Source of the DNA: Campylobacterota bacterium | Lineage (GTDB): Bacteria; Campylobacterota; Campylobacteria; Campylobacterales; Thiovulaceae | NCBI GenBank assembly: GCA_030152305.1 | Contig: JASKOM010000001.1 | Coordinates: 265,174 to 329,173 of the forward strand | Length of the DNA: 64,000 bases | Direction of reading: 5' to 3' | Part shown: piece by piece, positions 51,101-61,726 of the stretch | Position numbering within the stretch: the first letter of the stretch is position 1 | How the letters are laid out: each line of letters starts with the position of its first letter | Program-made: the position numbers and the translations under genes | The notes under the pieces: model-generated | Told to the model about the DNA's origin: nothing | The model's database searches: none | The model's input: the letters and a program-made list of their open reading frames with translations, nothing else

Positions 51101-53281
51101 ATGAAAAGACTCTTACACATCGAAGAAAGCGAATGGAGCATATCGAGAATATCGATAGCTATCATTTTGACTTTTATTTTTTCAGTATCACTCCGTTATA
51201 TTTGGGTTGATCAATTCAAGGATGTCGATAGCTTCAAATGGCTTGGACAAATCATGATCAATACAAATGATGGCTACTTTTTTGCCGAAGGAGCAAGAGA
51301 CATTTTGGCTGGTTTTCATCAAGAAAATGATAATTCTCCAATTTATGAACCAGCTTCACAACTAACTGCATTGTTTGCAAAAATTCTTCCATTTTCGTTT
51401 GAAACGATTATTTTATGGCTTCCTGCATATTTAGGATCGTTATTAGTTATTCCGTTAATTTTAATTGGACAAAGTTTAAAACAGCCGTTAATGGGTGTAA
51501 TCGGTGCATTAATTGGTTCGATTGCCTATAGCTATTATAATAGAACAATGGTCGGTTATTATGATACAGATATGCTTTCGATAGTTTTACCAACTTTTTT
51601 CTTATGGGGAATAATCGCATATTTACGATCTCGTGAAAATCGTTTTTTAATAATCGCACCGATTTTTCTTGTTTTATATTTAGTCTGGTATGGTCAAGGT
51701 GTTTCATTAGCTCTTGCAACTGTTGGCTTTTTGTTTTTATATACTTTGATTTTTCATAGACGAGATTTCGAAAATTATAAATTATTAGCTCTTTTATTTG
51801 TTGCTTTAACACCATTAAATCCTGTTATAAAAATATTAGCTATTTTATTTATATTTGGTATTTTTACTTATCTTGAAAGTTCGAGAAATTTTGGTATTAA
51901 AAATGACAAAGATGAAAATGTTCCGACAGTTGTTTTAAAAGAAAACAGCGGAAAACTTGATCCTAAAATTCTTCATCGAATTACGATTGCTATTTTTATA
52001 GTTTCTGGAATTGCTCTTTTATTTTCAGGCTCTTTTGACTTTGTTTATGCTTTATTAAAAGGTTATGTTTTTAGAGAAGAAAGTGCCGTTGCTGAAGGCA
52101 ATTTACATTTTTATAATGTTGCTCAAACTGTGCGAGAAGCTGGAGCGATTCCGTTTGATGTTTTTGCTGAACGAATTAGCGGACACATGATTACATTTTG
52201 GTTAGCAACAATTGGAACAATTTTAATGATGTTCAAATATCGAGAAACAATGATTGCAATTCCAATGATTGGTTTAGGATATTTGGCATATAAAAGTGGA
52301 TTACGATTTACGATTTATGCTGTTCCGTTTTATGCTCTTGGACTTGGATATATTATTTCGTTAATTATTCGAGATATTAGTCCAAAATATGTAAAATATG
52401 CAATTGCTTTATTATTTACAGCTTTGGCTATATATCCAAACTATACACATATTCAAGAATATAAAGTTCCAGTTGTGTTTAATAAAAATGAAATCGAAGT
52501 TCTTGATCAATTAAAATATCAGGCAAAACGAGAAGATTATGCTGTTGCTTGGTGGGATTACGGTTATCCAATTCGATTTTATTCAGATGTTAAAACTCTT
52601 GTTGATGGTGGAGCTCACAGTGGAGATATTAATTATCCTGTAAGTTATGCATTGATGAGAAAACCGCTTGAATCTGCAAATATGAGCCGTTTTGCTGTCG
52701 AATATCGAGAAATGGGTAAATTTTCAATTGATGCAATGATGAAAGATTTAAATATTTCTAATTCTGATCAGTTTTTAAGAGAGATTGAAACTAATATTTC
52801 ATTGCCAAATAAGACTCGAGATGTTTATTATTATTTGCCTTTACGAATGTTAGATATTCTTCCGACTGTTGCTCTTTTCTCGAATATCGATTTAAAAAGT
52901 GGAAATCAAGTTATTAAACCTTTCTTTTATCAAACTGGTAATTTTGCTGATCGTGGAAATGAAATCGATTTAGGCGGTGGAATAAGTTTTGATAAAGTTA
53001 ATGCTGTTTTAAAAATTGGTGGAGTTCAACGACCAATCGATTCGTTTTATATAACTCAATATGATAATAACGGAAAATTATTAACTCATCGTTTGCAAAG
53101 TCGAGCTGGAGCAAATTTAAATATTATTTATATGAAAAATTATAATCGTATTTTAGTTGTTGATAATTTTACTTTGAATTCGACATATTTTCAGCTTTTT
53201 GTTCTTGAAACATATTCGAGAGATCTGTTCGAACCTGTTATTATGACACCTATTGCAAAAGTATTTAAACTCAAAAAATAA
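51101..53281 (+). CDS. pglB: undecaprenyl-diphosphooligosaccharide--protein glycotransferase (STT3/PglB family)
   Basis: 726 aa with a polytopic N-terminal domain, TNDGYFFAEGARD, and the WWDYG motif (AVAWWDYGYP). Confidence 0.88.
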   Translation: MKRLLHIEESEWSISRISIAIILTFIFSVSLRYIWVDQFKDVDSFKWLGQIMINTNDGYFFAEGARDILAGFHQENDNSPIYEPASQLTALFAKILPFSFETIILWLPAYLGSLLVIPLILIGQSLKQPLMGVIGALIGSIAYSYYNRTMVGYYDTDMLSIVLPTFFLWGIIAYLRSRENRFLIIAPIFLVLYLVWYGQGVSLALATVGFLFLYTLIFHRRDFENYKLLALLFVALTPLNPVIKILAILFIFGIFTYLESSRNFGIKNDKDENVPTVVLKENSGKLDPKILHRITIAIFIVSGIALLFSGSFDFVYALLKGYVFREESAVAEGNLHFYNVAQTVREAGAIPFDVFAERISGHMITFWLATIGTILMMFKYRETMIAIPMIGLGYLAYKSGLRFTIYAVPFYALGLGYIISLIIRDISPKYVKYAIALLFTALAIYPNYTHIQEYKVPVVFNKNEIEVLDQLKYQAKREDYAVAWWDYGYPIRFYSDVKTLVDGGAHSGDINYPVSYALMRKPLESANMSRFAVEYREMGKFSIDAMMKDLNISNSDQFLREIETNISLPNKTRDVYYYLPLRMLDILPTVALFSNIDLKSGNQVIKPFFYQTGNFADRGNEIDLGGGISFDKVNAVLKIGGVQRPIDSFYITQYDNNGKLLTHRLQSRAGANLNIIYMKNYNRILVVDNFTLNSTYFQLFVLETYSRDLFEPVIMTPIAKVFKLKK

Positions 53282-53814
53282 TGTTTGGCAAAAACTTCGC
53301 CATTTTTTTAGCTTCTAGCCTATTTTTATTAATGGGCTGTGGCTATAAACCTTCTTCATATTACACTGAAGAAGTGTTAGGCTCAAAAATATATGCTTCT
53401 GTTTTAACATCAATTGAAGAACCTGAAACATCAATTTTAATTGAAGATGCATTAAAAGATGCTCTTCGAGTTAGATTAAATGTCTCGTTTTCTAATAAAA
53501 ATGATGCCGATTCTTTTTTGCAATTGTCTATTAAACGATTGGAATTCAAACCTTTACAAACTGATGGCGGTTATACAGTTTTATATCGAAGTGAATTAAT
53601 TTTAAAAGCCCAATTTACTTTTATAAAAAACGGTGTCAAAGAAATTATAAATTATGATCTTGAAGGTTTTTATGAATTTCCTGTTCGCTCAAATGCTTCG
53701 TTATCAGTTGCTTTAAAATTAGAAGCTGTAAAAATTTCAGCTTTAAAAGCTCTTGATACTTTGATTCCAAAATTAGCTCTTCGTGGAAGTATGGAAGTTG
53801 ATAATAAAAAGTGA
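53281..53814 (+). CDS. lipoprotein, possibly LptE-like
   Basis: 177 aa with lipobox LLMGCGYKPS. The size and the CGY start resemble LptE. The call is weak. Confidence 0.35.
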   Translation: MFGKNFAIFLASSLFLLMGCGYKPSSYYTEEVLGSKIYASVLTSIEEPETSILIEDALKDALRVRLNVSFSNKNDADSFLQLSIKRLEFKPLQTDGGYTVLYRSELILKAQFTFIKNGVKEIINYDLEGFYEFPVRSNASLSVALKLEAVKISALKALDTLIPKLALRGSMEVDNKK

Positions 53815-54314
53815 AAACTAATTATCAAAAAAGAATTTCTGAACTCGAAGAAAGAGTTTCGGCTCTCGAGAATATTATCAACGAATTAAAAAATCAAAAT
53901 TCTCAAATACCTCATCAACAACAAACAATTATAAATAAAATAAAATATTTTGTTGAATTTGGAGAAATTTATATCGAATTAAGAAATCAAATTCAAATAG
54001 AAGATTTATTTAATTTCGATGAGGCAATTAACAGAATCGATAATTTAAATAAAATAAAATATGGCAATTTAAATAATTGGCGGTTGCCTTTTCGAGATGA
54101 ATTGCAAAAAATAATGAACTTATTAATTATCGAACAAGATAATAATTTAATAAAAGAGTTCGTTTTGCCAAATAAATTTCAACCAATTTTTTGGTCTTCA
54201 ACTGAAGAACAAGATTCGCCAAAAGTTTGGATTGCAAATTTTAAACATGGTTTTGGCAATTTTGCATATAAACGACATAATTATTATTCGTTCGCTGTGG
54301 CTAATAAATTATAA
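53811..54314 (+). CDS. DUF1566 (Lcl-C-like) domain protein
   Basis: 167 aa with an N-terminal coiled coil. NNWRLPFRDELQKIMNL...IFWSSTEEQDSPKVWIANF. Confidence 0.6.
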   Translation: MKTNYQKRISELEERVSALENIINELKNQNSQIPHQQQTIINKIKYFVEFGEIYIELRNQIQIEDLFNFDEAINRIDNLNKIKYGNLNNWRLPFRDELQKIMNLLIIEQDNNLIKEFVLPNKFQPIFWSSTEEQDSPKVWIANFKHGFGNFAYKRHNYYSFAVANKL

Positions 54315-54340
54315 AATAAAAAATAAAAATAGGAGGAATA

Positions 54341-54979
54341 TTGTTAGAAGTTAATAACTTAAAATTATCTTTCGGTGAAAGAGAAGTTTTAAAAGGTATT
54401 TCGTTTGAAATTAGACTTGGTCAAATTGTTGGACTTTTTGGCAAAACATCTTCAGGAAAAAGTCAAATCTTTGAAACTGTTTTAAATTTGAAAAATTTCA
54501 CAGCTGGAACAGTTATTTATGAAAATAAAAAAGTTGCTTATAACATTAATGAACATATCGTTAATTTACGACAACAAATAGGCTATGTTCCACAATATAA
54601 AAATTTTCTTGATTTTGGCAATTTGTTTGAAAATCTAACATTTATCAGCAATAAAAAATCTGATCAAATTATTTATATTGCTTCTCTTTTGGAATTTACA
54701 GATTCGTTATATAAAAATATCGATGAGGTCGAAAGTGAAGATTTATTTCGAGCAAAAATTGGTCTCGCTCTTTTAAAATCACCAAAAATTATTTTAATTG
54801 ATGAACCTCTCGCATATTTAAATGAAGACAGAATCGAAACTGTTTTGAAATTTATCGAGAAAATATTTCGAGATAAAAAAATTGGTGTTTTAATCTCTTC
54901 GCAAAGTGAAAATTTATCAAAATTAGAAATATTTGATAAAAAATTATTTTTAAATAATGGAGTTATTAATGAACTTTAG
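54341..54979 (+). CDS. ABC transporter ATP-binding protein, divergent (FtsE-like size)
   Basis: 212 aa. Walker A is GKTSSGKS, Walker B is ILIDEP. TTG start after GGAGG. Confidence 0.55.
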   Translation: MLEVNNLKLSFGEREVLKGISFEIRLGQIVGLFGKTSSGKSQIFETVLNLKNFTAGTVIYENKKVAYNINEHIVNLRQQIGYVPQYKNFLDFGNLFENLTFISNKKSDQIIYIASLLEFTDSLYKNIDEVESEDLFRAKIGLALLKSPKIILIDEPLAYLNEDRIETVLKFIEKIFRDKKIGVLISSQSENLSKLEIFDKKLFLNNGVINEL

Positions 54980-56006
54980 TTTTAAACTAATTCGAGAAAA
55001 TTTAGATATATATCTTTCGACTTTTTTATATATGTCAATTTTTTCGTTTTTTATATTAAAAGATCTGGTTTTTAATATTAATCAAAATATAGAAAATATT
55101 TCTCATGTTCAAAAAGAAGAATTTATTCCTGTCAATGGAATTAAAGTTGTAAAAAATGATGGCAAATTTGAAATTGATAATTTGCAGGAATTTGAAAAAG
55201 TTGTTGGTGAATTTGACCAAATAATTAAACAAACTTTATATAGAATAGAATTCTCGGCTCTTATTAAAAATGGTGAAAATATCAGCGAAGTTAGAGGAAT
55301 CGGTTTAGATATTCAAGCTGAAAATAATAATTTAGAATATAAATTAAAAAATTTAATTGGATCGTTTCATGGTTTTTCTGTTAGTAAATCGATTGCTGAT
55401 AGTTTAGCAAATAAAGATCAAAATAATAGTTTTGAAATGTATCTATTTGGCAAAGATTCAGTTGATTCAGCGATTTCACTTTTTCCAATAAAAATTGGCG
55501 GTGTTTTTGATGGAATTCAAGATAAATTAATTTTAGTTCCTTTAAAAATGGCAAAACCTTTATTAAAAAGCGATCAATATGATTATGCAATTATCGAATT
55601 TAATAATATTCAAGATTTCATAAAAAATGAGAAAATGATTAATGAAAGTTTAGAAAAAATAGGCTATAAAATTATAAATAATATAATTAAAAATGAACAA
55701 AATTTAAATATATTCACGAATATTTATTTATTAATTATGTTCGCAGTTTCGTTTTTGGCTTTAAGAGATAGTGCAATTTTGCATGAACGAATTAAACGAA
55801 CAAAAGAGATAATATTATTATATGGCTGGAAAAAAACAGATGTGTTAAAAATATTTTTTATGCAAAATATATTACCAATAATTTTATATATATTAATATG
55901 GTTAGCAATTTCTTTTTATATAAATTATCAATTCTGGTATATATTAATGCCTGTTTTTATTTTATATTTATCTGTTATTTTAATATTTTTTGTTATATAT
56001 TTATAA
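54957..56006 (+). CDS. FtsX-like ABC permease, divergent
   Basis: 349 aa with an N-terminal TM segment, a large extracytoplasmic domain, and a C-terminal FtsX-type TM bundle (RTKEIILLYGWKKTDVLKIFF). Confidence 0.45.
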   Translation: MELLMNFSFKLIRENLDIYLSTFLYMSIFSFFILKDLVFNINQNIENISHVQKEEFIPVNGIKVVKNDGKFEIDNLQEFEKVVGEFDQIIKQTLYRIEFSALIKNGENISEVRGIGLDIQAENNNLEYKLKNLIGSFHGFSVSKSIADSLANKDQNNSFEMYLFGKDSVDSAISLFPIKIGGVFDGIQDKLILVPLKMAKPLLKSDQYDYAIIEFNNIQDFIKNEKMINESLEKIGYKIINNIIKNEQNLNIFTNIYLLIMFAVSFLALRDSAILHERIKRTKEIILLYGWKKTDVLKIFFMQNILPIILYILIWLAISFYINYQFWYILMPVFILYLSVILIFFVIYL

Positions 56007-56051
56007 AAATTAGATATTTGACTTTGATATAATTCTTAAACGGAGATAACA

Positions 56052-56870
56052 ATGAAATTTGATACCCTTTTTCCTATGAATAATTTAAAGAGAATTAATC
56101 AAAGCGAAGCTGAACAAAATAGCAAAGCAGGATTAATAAAATATGGTTCTAATATACCATTTACGATGGAAATCTTAGAAAGATTAGATCCTTTAAATTA
56201 TCTTTTACAGATGGACGGCAAAAAGGCATTTGCAGAAAGTGAAAAATTACTTGAGCCAGGAATGAAATATTGGGGCGAAGCTCTTCATAAACGAGGTGAA
56301 AAATATGTAATTAATAATTTAATTAAACAACCTCAAATTTTTCAACAGGTTCAAGATCATGCTTTCGTTGATGCAAGAAAAGTTCTTGAAGCTTTCTCGA
56401 ATAATTCAAGAACACCTTTTGAAAGTCAATTTAAACAAGAGATTATTTCCCAAATGGCAAATAGCAACGATAGAAATGAATTTATATTTTTAAATCAACT
56501 TTTATTGTCAATGGAAAATAATGTCATTACGATTCCAATTAATTATCAAGATAGAAGTATGCTTTTTCAATATAAATATGGTGATAAAGAAAAACATGAA
56601 AAAAATTTAGAAACTGATGAAATTAAAACATTAGATTTTTATGCTATTTTTGAACTTCTTGGTCCAATGAAAGGAAAAGTTATTTATCTTAACGGAAATA
56701 TTTCTCTTAGTTTGGATGTTAATTTTGAAAAAAGCAAAAAATTTCTTCAAAGAAATATAATGAATAATGAAACAATTAGTTCAATGAACATAGTTATTAA
56801 AGTTGTAAAAGAAGAAATACAACCTTTATATTCGTTCACTCAAAACAACTTATTAGATGTAAGAACATAG
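56052..56870 (+). CDS. hypothetical protein
   Basis: 272-aa ORF with a GGAG RBS. No family recognised. Confidence 0.5.
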   Translation: MKFDTLFPMNNLKRINQSEAEQNSKAGLIKYGSNIPFTMEILERLDPLNYLLQMDGKKAFAESEKLLEPGMKYWGEALHKRGEKYVINNLIKQPQIFQQVQDHAFVDARKVLEAFSNNSRTPFESQFKQEIISQMANSNDRNEFIFLNQLLLSMENNVITIPINYQDRSMLFQYKYGDKEKHEKNLETDEIKTLDFYAIFELLGPMKGKVIYLNGNISLSLDVNFEKSKKFLQRNIMNNETISSMNIVIKVVKEEIQPLYSFTQNNLLDVRT

Positions 56871-56972
56871 TTTTCAACTTTTAGCTTATGCTTATAAAAA
56901 TTATCTTAAAACGGTTTTAATAGCATACAGATTATAATTTTGAAAGAAAATTTTTTAGGAGAATAAAATAAA

Positions 56973-58424
56973 ATGATTAGCTGGATGCAAGAAAATAGAA
57001 AATATCTAGTCGTTACACTGTGGATTAGTGCCTTTGCTTTTATTGGTGCTGGTTTTGTCGGCTGGGGCAGTTATCAATATGGTAGCAAAGCAACCTCAAT
57101 AGCAAAAGTCGGTTCCGTTGATATTAAATTGTCAGAACTTCAAATGGCTTATAGTAATTTATATGCTTATTATAATCAAATGTTTGGTGGCAAACTTGAT
57201 CAAGAAATCGCAAAAGAATTAAAACTTGAAGAAAGTGCTTTTAATATTTTAAAACGAGAAGCTCTTTTGTTAAATTTAGCCGAAGAATTTGGCTTAAAAG
57301 TTTTAGACCAAGAAATCGCTGATAATATAATTAAAAACGAAAGTTTTTTTAACAATGGCAAATTTGACAGAAATCAATATGAATTAATTTTAAAAAATAA
57401 TCGAATATCTCTTAAAGATTATGAACATAGATTAGCAAAATCTATTTTGATTTCTAAGATTCGAGAACTTTTTCCTGCTACTCCAACAAATTTCGAAAAA
57501 GAATTATTTAGTTCTGTTTTAACTTTAAAAGACAAAATCGAATATAAAATATTATCAATCGAAGATATTAATGTATCTATTTCTGATAATGAAATTTCTG
57601 CTTTTTGGGAACTTAATAAAAATAAATTTTTAACTGAACAAGAATTTAAAATTAGTTTTATTGAAACTAATATTGCTGATCGAAATTACAGCGATGCGGA
57701 ACAACAAGAATTTTATAATACAAATGGTTTAAAATATGAGTCATCTTTTGAAGATTCTAGAAATGACATTCTTAAAGATATGCGAGAACGAGATTCAAAA
57801 CGAGATGCTATGCGAGATTATTTATCATTTAAAAAAGGTGAATATAATGGCTCAATTCAACAATCTCAAATTTTATCTTTAAATAATTTAGTTTTATCTA
57901 CTGTTGATGAAGATTTATCCGAATTAAAAATTGCTAAAATAAATGATATTTTTAAACCTCAAATTTCTAAAGATCGAAGTGCTTTCTTAACTATTCGAAT
58001 TGATGAAATTATTCAACCTCGAGAAAAAACTTTTGATGAGGTCAAAAATGATATCGAAATTGAATTAAAAGCTCAAAAAAGTAAAGAAGCAATTTTAAAT
58101 ATGGCAAAAGAAACTTATACTAATTTTTCAGGTAAACAAACTGAATTTTTATCAGTAGCTGATGGTAGTAAAATCGAAGGACTTTTTCCTCAAGATGGTT
58201 CTGAATTTTTATCTTCTATTTTCACAACTGGAACAAATAAAGGCTTTATTCCATTAGGTTCAAAAGTTGTTTTATATAAAATTATTGAACAAATGATTGA
58301 TAACAATCAACAAGAACAAGATTTATCAACTCAAATATTAGAAGTTAAAGAAAGAGTTTTTGAAGATAATTTAATTAAAAAATTAGAATATTACTATCCA
58401 GTTCAAACATACTTTAAAGGATAA
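56973..58424 (+). CDS. PpiD/SurA-N-like periplasmic chaperone
   Basis: 483 aa. The N-terminal anchor MISWMQENRKYLVVTLWISAFAFIGAGFVGWG is typical of PpiD-like proteins. It lies directly upstream of ftsA, as in Campylobacter. Confidence 0.6.
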   Translation: MISWMQENRKYLVVTLWISAFAFIGAGFVGWGSYQYGSKATSIAKVGSVDIKLSELQMAYSNLYAYYNQMFGGKLDQEIAKELKLEESAFNILKREALLLNLAEEFGLKVLDQEIADNIIKNESFFNNGKFDRNQYELILKNNRISLKDYEHRLAKSILISKIRELFPATPTNFEKELFSSVLTLKDKIEYKILSIEDINVSISDNEISAFWELNKNKFLTEQEFKISFIETNIADRNYSDAEQQEFYNTNGLKYESSFEDSRNDILKDMRERDSKRDAMRDYLSFKKGEYNGSIQQSQILSLNNLVLSTVDEDLSELKIAKINDIFKPQISKDRSAFLTIRIDEIIQPREKTFDEVKNDIEIELKAQKSKEAILNMAKETYTNFSGKQTEFLSVADGSKIEGLFPQDGSEFLSSIFTTGTNKGFIPLGSKVVLYKIIEQMIDNNQQEQDLSTQILEVKERVFEDNLIKKLEYYYPVQTYFKG

Positions 58425-58428
58425 TAAT

Positions 58429-60000
58429 TTGGAAAACAACGGCAGATATATTTTAGCTCTTGATGTAGGTTCTACGAAAATATGTGCAATCATTGCTGAA
58501 ATTAGAGGTATTAACGATGTTCGAATCATCGGAGCTGGTGTCGAAAAATCTCAAGGATTAAAACGAGGATCAATTACAAATATTGATCTTGCTTCAAAAT
58601 CTATTAAAAGTGCTGTCGAAGATGCAAGACGAGTCGCTGGAGGCACAGAAAGTGAAGTTATTGTTTCTATTTCTGGTGCCTATGTTAAAAGTGTTGATAG
58701 TAGCGGTATTATAAATGTTCCAAGTGGTGAAGTTGGCATCGGTGAAATCAATCGAGTCATGCAAACTGCTAGATATAATGCAAATATACCTTCTGATTAT
58801 GACATATTACATATATTGCCTTATAATTTTAAAGTTGATGAACAAGATTTCGTTGAAGATCCTCTTGGCATGAATGCTTCTCGTCTTGAAGTTTTTACTC
58901 ATTTAATTATCACAACAAAATCTAATTTTAATAATTTAAAAAGATCTGTTGAATTAGCAGGTCTAAAAGTTGTTAATATTGTCTTAAATAGTTATGCATC
59001 GTATATTGCAACTGTTAATAATGACGAAAAAAGCCTCGGAATAGGTATTATTGACATGGGTGGGAATACAAGTAGTTTTGTTATTCATGCTGGTGGAAAT
59101 GCTGTTCGTTATCAAGGTTTCATAGGTGTCGGATCTAATCATATTACAAATGATCTTTCTATGGCTCTTCATACTCCTGTTACGATCGCTGAAAATGTCA
59201 AAATTACTTATGGAAATTTAACTTATCTTAGCGATGACCTCATCGAATTACCAGTTATTGGTGATGAAAATACAACACATGAAGTTTCTCTTGATATTGT
59301 TGGTCAAGTTATCCGTGCAAGAGTTTCTGAAACTCTTGAATTAGTTTCTAAACAAATCGATGATAGCGGTTTAAAAAGAGAAGTTGGCGGAGGTTTTGTT
59401 TTAACAGGTGGTTTGACAAAATTGGAAGGTATTCGAGAACTTGCAATGAGTATATTAAATGCACCAGTTCGATTAGCTAAACCTAAACCAATTAGTGGTT
59501 TATTCGAATCTTTAAGAGATCCAGCTTTTTCGACATCTATCGGTTTAATTATGCACACAACTGGAAGTTATGCTCTTTATGAAATCGATTCTAACGGAAT
59601 CATGCGATATAATCAGGGTTTGGTTGGACAAACAAAACAACCAATTCTTGATAATATAAATATGAATAATAATAATTATTCATCAACGACTCCGCAAATG
59701 CAAAATACTAAACCTGATACAACAAGAAGTCAGTTTGGTAATTCAAATCAACAATATAATAACAGTAGTTTTGGTAATAATTATAATCAAGCTCCTGCTC
59801 AAACAATTGGAGCAATGAGTCAAACATCTCAACAAGATAAAACATTGCAAAATACTGTTGTTAAAACTCAACCCATAGAATCTGAATTAAAATCTTCTCA
59901 ATATTATAATAGAAGCAATGAATTACAAATTAATCAGGGTCCTAATAATCAAAATAGTGGTTTAAACAAGGCTTGGCAGTGGATTACTCAATTATTCTAA
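58429..60000 (+). CDS. ftsA: cell division protein FtsA with a long Q/N-rich C-terminal linker
   Basis: Actin-fold motifs (ILALDVGSTKICA, IGIIDMGGNTSSF), about 115 aa of N/Q/S-rich low complexity, then the amphipathic tail LNKAWQWITQLF. TTG start. Confidence 0.92.
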   Translation: MENNGRYILALDVGSTKICAIIAEIRGINDVRIIGAGVEKSQGLKRGSITNIDLASKSIKSAVEDARRVAGGTESEVIVSISGAYVKSVDSSGIINVPSGEVGIGEINRVMQTARYNANIPSDYDILHILPYNFKVDEQDFVEDPLGMNASRLEVFTHLIITTKSNFNNLKRSVELAGLKVVNIVLNSYASYIATVNNDEKSLGIGIIDMGGNTSSFVIHAGGNAVRYQGFIGVGSNHITNDLSMALHTPVTIAENVKITYGNLTYLSDDLIELPVIGDENTTHEVSLDIVGQVIRARVSETLELVSKQIDDSGLKREVGGGFVLTGGLTKLEGIRELAMSILNAPVRLAKPKPISGLFESLRDPAFSTSIGLIMHTTGSYALYEIDSNGIMRYNQGLVGQTKQPILDNINMNNNNYSSTTPQMQNTKPDTTRSQFGNSNQQYNNSSFGNNYNQAPAQTIGAMSQTSQQDKTLQNTVVKTQPIESELKSSQYYNRSNELQINQGPNNQNSGLNKAWQWITQLF

Positions 60001-60059
60001 TTAAATTAAGTTAAAATTAGCTGATATTAATCATAACATTAAAAAAAAAGTAAAGAGAA

Positions 60060-61724
60060 ATGAAAATGGGATATAGTATAGAAGAAGTTCTTCAAGAAGA
60101 ACTTAGCGGTGCAAAAATAAAAGTTATTGGTGTCGGTGGTGGCGGTGGCAATATGGTTAATCACATGATTAAAACTGGTGTTCAAGGCATTGAAATGATT
60201 GTTGCTAATACTGATGCTCAAGTATTAGAAAAATCTCTCTGTGAAAATCGAATTCAGTTAGGCACTAAATTAACTAAAGGTCTTGGTGCTGGAATGGTTC
60301 CTGAAATTGGTCGCGAATCGGCTATGGAAAATGCAGATGAAATAAAAAAACAGTTAGACGGTGCTGATATCGTATTTATTGCAGCTGGATTAGGTGGTGG
60401 CACAGGCACAGGTGCTTCTCCTGTTATTGCTCAAATTGCTCGTGAATTAGGTGCTTTAACTATTTCTGTTGTTACAAAACCTTTTTCTTTTGAAGGTGGC
60501 AAACGAGAACGATTAGCTAGACAAGGTTTAGAAGAACTTAAAAAAGAAAGTGATTCTATTGTTGTTATTCCGAATGATAAATTATTAGCTATCGTTGATA
60601 GAAATCTAGGTTTAAAAGAAAGTTTTAAAATAGTTGATGAGGTTCTTGCAAGAGCTGTAACAGGAACAAGTGGAATTATTTTATCAAGTGGTGATAACGA
60701 TATTAATCTTGACTTTGCAGATTTGCGAACAGTCATGAGTCATAAAGGCTTAGCTCTTATGGGTATGGGTGAAGCAGAAGGCGAAAAATCAGCTTACGAA
60801 GCTATAAAAAATGCCATTGAATCACCATTATTAGATGATGTTTCTATCAAAGGAGCTATGGGAGTTCTTGTTCATTTTAATTTACATCCAAATTATCCAT
60901 TAATTGAAATTACTAATGCAATGGAAGTTGTTAGAGATAATGCTGATGCCGATGCTTCGGTTATTATGGGAACAACTACAGATTCGTCATTACCAGAAAC
61001 ATTTGTAAAAATTACTTTAATTGCAACTGGTTTTGAAAGACAAGAAGATGGACATAAAAAAGGAATTACAGCAAAAGAAAGTGATGGAACTAATTTGAAT
61101 GTTTATCAAAGAAGAACAGCACAAGCACCACAAAGTAATAATCAAGCTCAATCATCGCAGTCTGTTAATAATAATTCATCAAAATATAATTCAGCAACAT
61201 CGTCATCATCACAAATGAGTCAGCAACAAGTAAAAACAGTTGAACAACCTCAACATGTTATGAATAGAATGCAACAGCCTCAATCATTTCAAAATGATTA
61301 TCAAGCACAAGTTAGCGAACCTCAATATCAACCTCAAATACAACCACAACCACAACCACAACCACAACCACAAACAATAGTTACACCGCAAACAACACAA
61401 CGAATTCAACCGTCTCAATCAATACCATCAATTCAAAGCGAGTATCAACCTCCTGTTCAAACAGCAACACCACAGTTTAATTATCAACAAACGGGCTCTA
61501 GTTCGATTCAGCAACAACAACAAAGAAATAATTTTGGTGGAGGAGGAAATGTTGGTCAAAAATATTCACAACCTCCGAGACCAAATGCAACTCCAACAGC
61601 TGGAACAAACGGTAATTTTGAAAGTGGTCCAAAAAGAACACCAAATGTAAAACATCAATCTGGAACGATTAGTGATGAATATCTTGATGTTCCTACTTGG
61701 TTAAGACAAAGAGGAAATAAATAA
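60060..61724 (+). CDS. ftsZ: cell division protein FtsZ with a ~200-aa Q/P-rich linker
   Basis: [13 protein letters not shown] and [15 protein letters not shown] tubulin motifs, a long Q/P/S-rich linker that includes the (CAACCA)5 repeat at 61341-61370, and the conserved C-terminal peptide [13 protein letters not shown]. Confidence 0.95.
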   Translation: MKMGYSIEEVLQEELSGAKIKVIGVGGGGGNMVNHMIKTGVQGIEMIVANTDAQVLEKSLCENRIQLGTKLTKGLGAGMVPEIGRESAMENADEIKKQLDGADIVFIAAGLGGGTGTGASPVIAQIARELGALTISVVTKPFSFEGGKRERLARQGLEELKKESDSIVVIPNDKLLAIVDRNLGLKESFKIVDEVLARAVTGTSGIILSSGDNDINLDFADLRTVMSHKGLALMGMGEAEGEKSAYEAIKNAIESPLLDDVSIKGAMGVLVHFNLHPNYPLIEITNAMEVVRDNADADASVIMGTTTDSSLPETFVKITLIATGFERQEDGHKKGITAKESDGTNLNVYQRRTAQAPQSNNQAQSSQSVNNNSSKYNSATSSSSQMSQQQVKTVEQPQHVMNRMQQPQSFQNDYQAQVSEPQYQPQIQPQPQPQPQPQTIVTPQTTQRIQPSQSIPSIQSEYQPPVQTATPQFNYQQTGSSSIQQQQQRNNFGGGGNVGQKYSQPPRPNATPTAGTNGNFESGPKRTPNVKHQSGTISDEYLDVPTWLRQRGNK

Positions 61725-61726
61725 CT

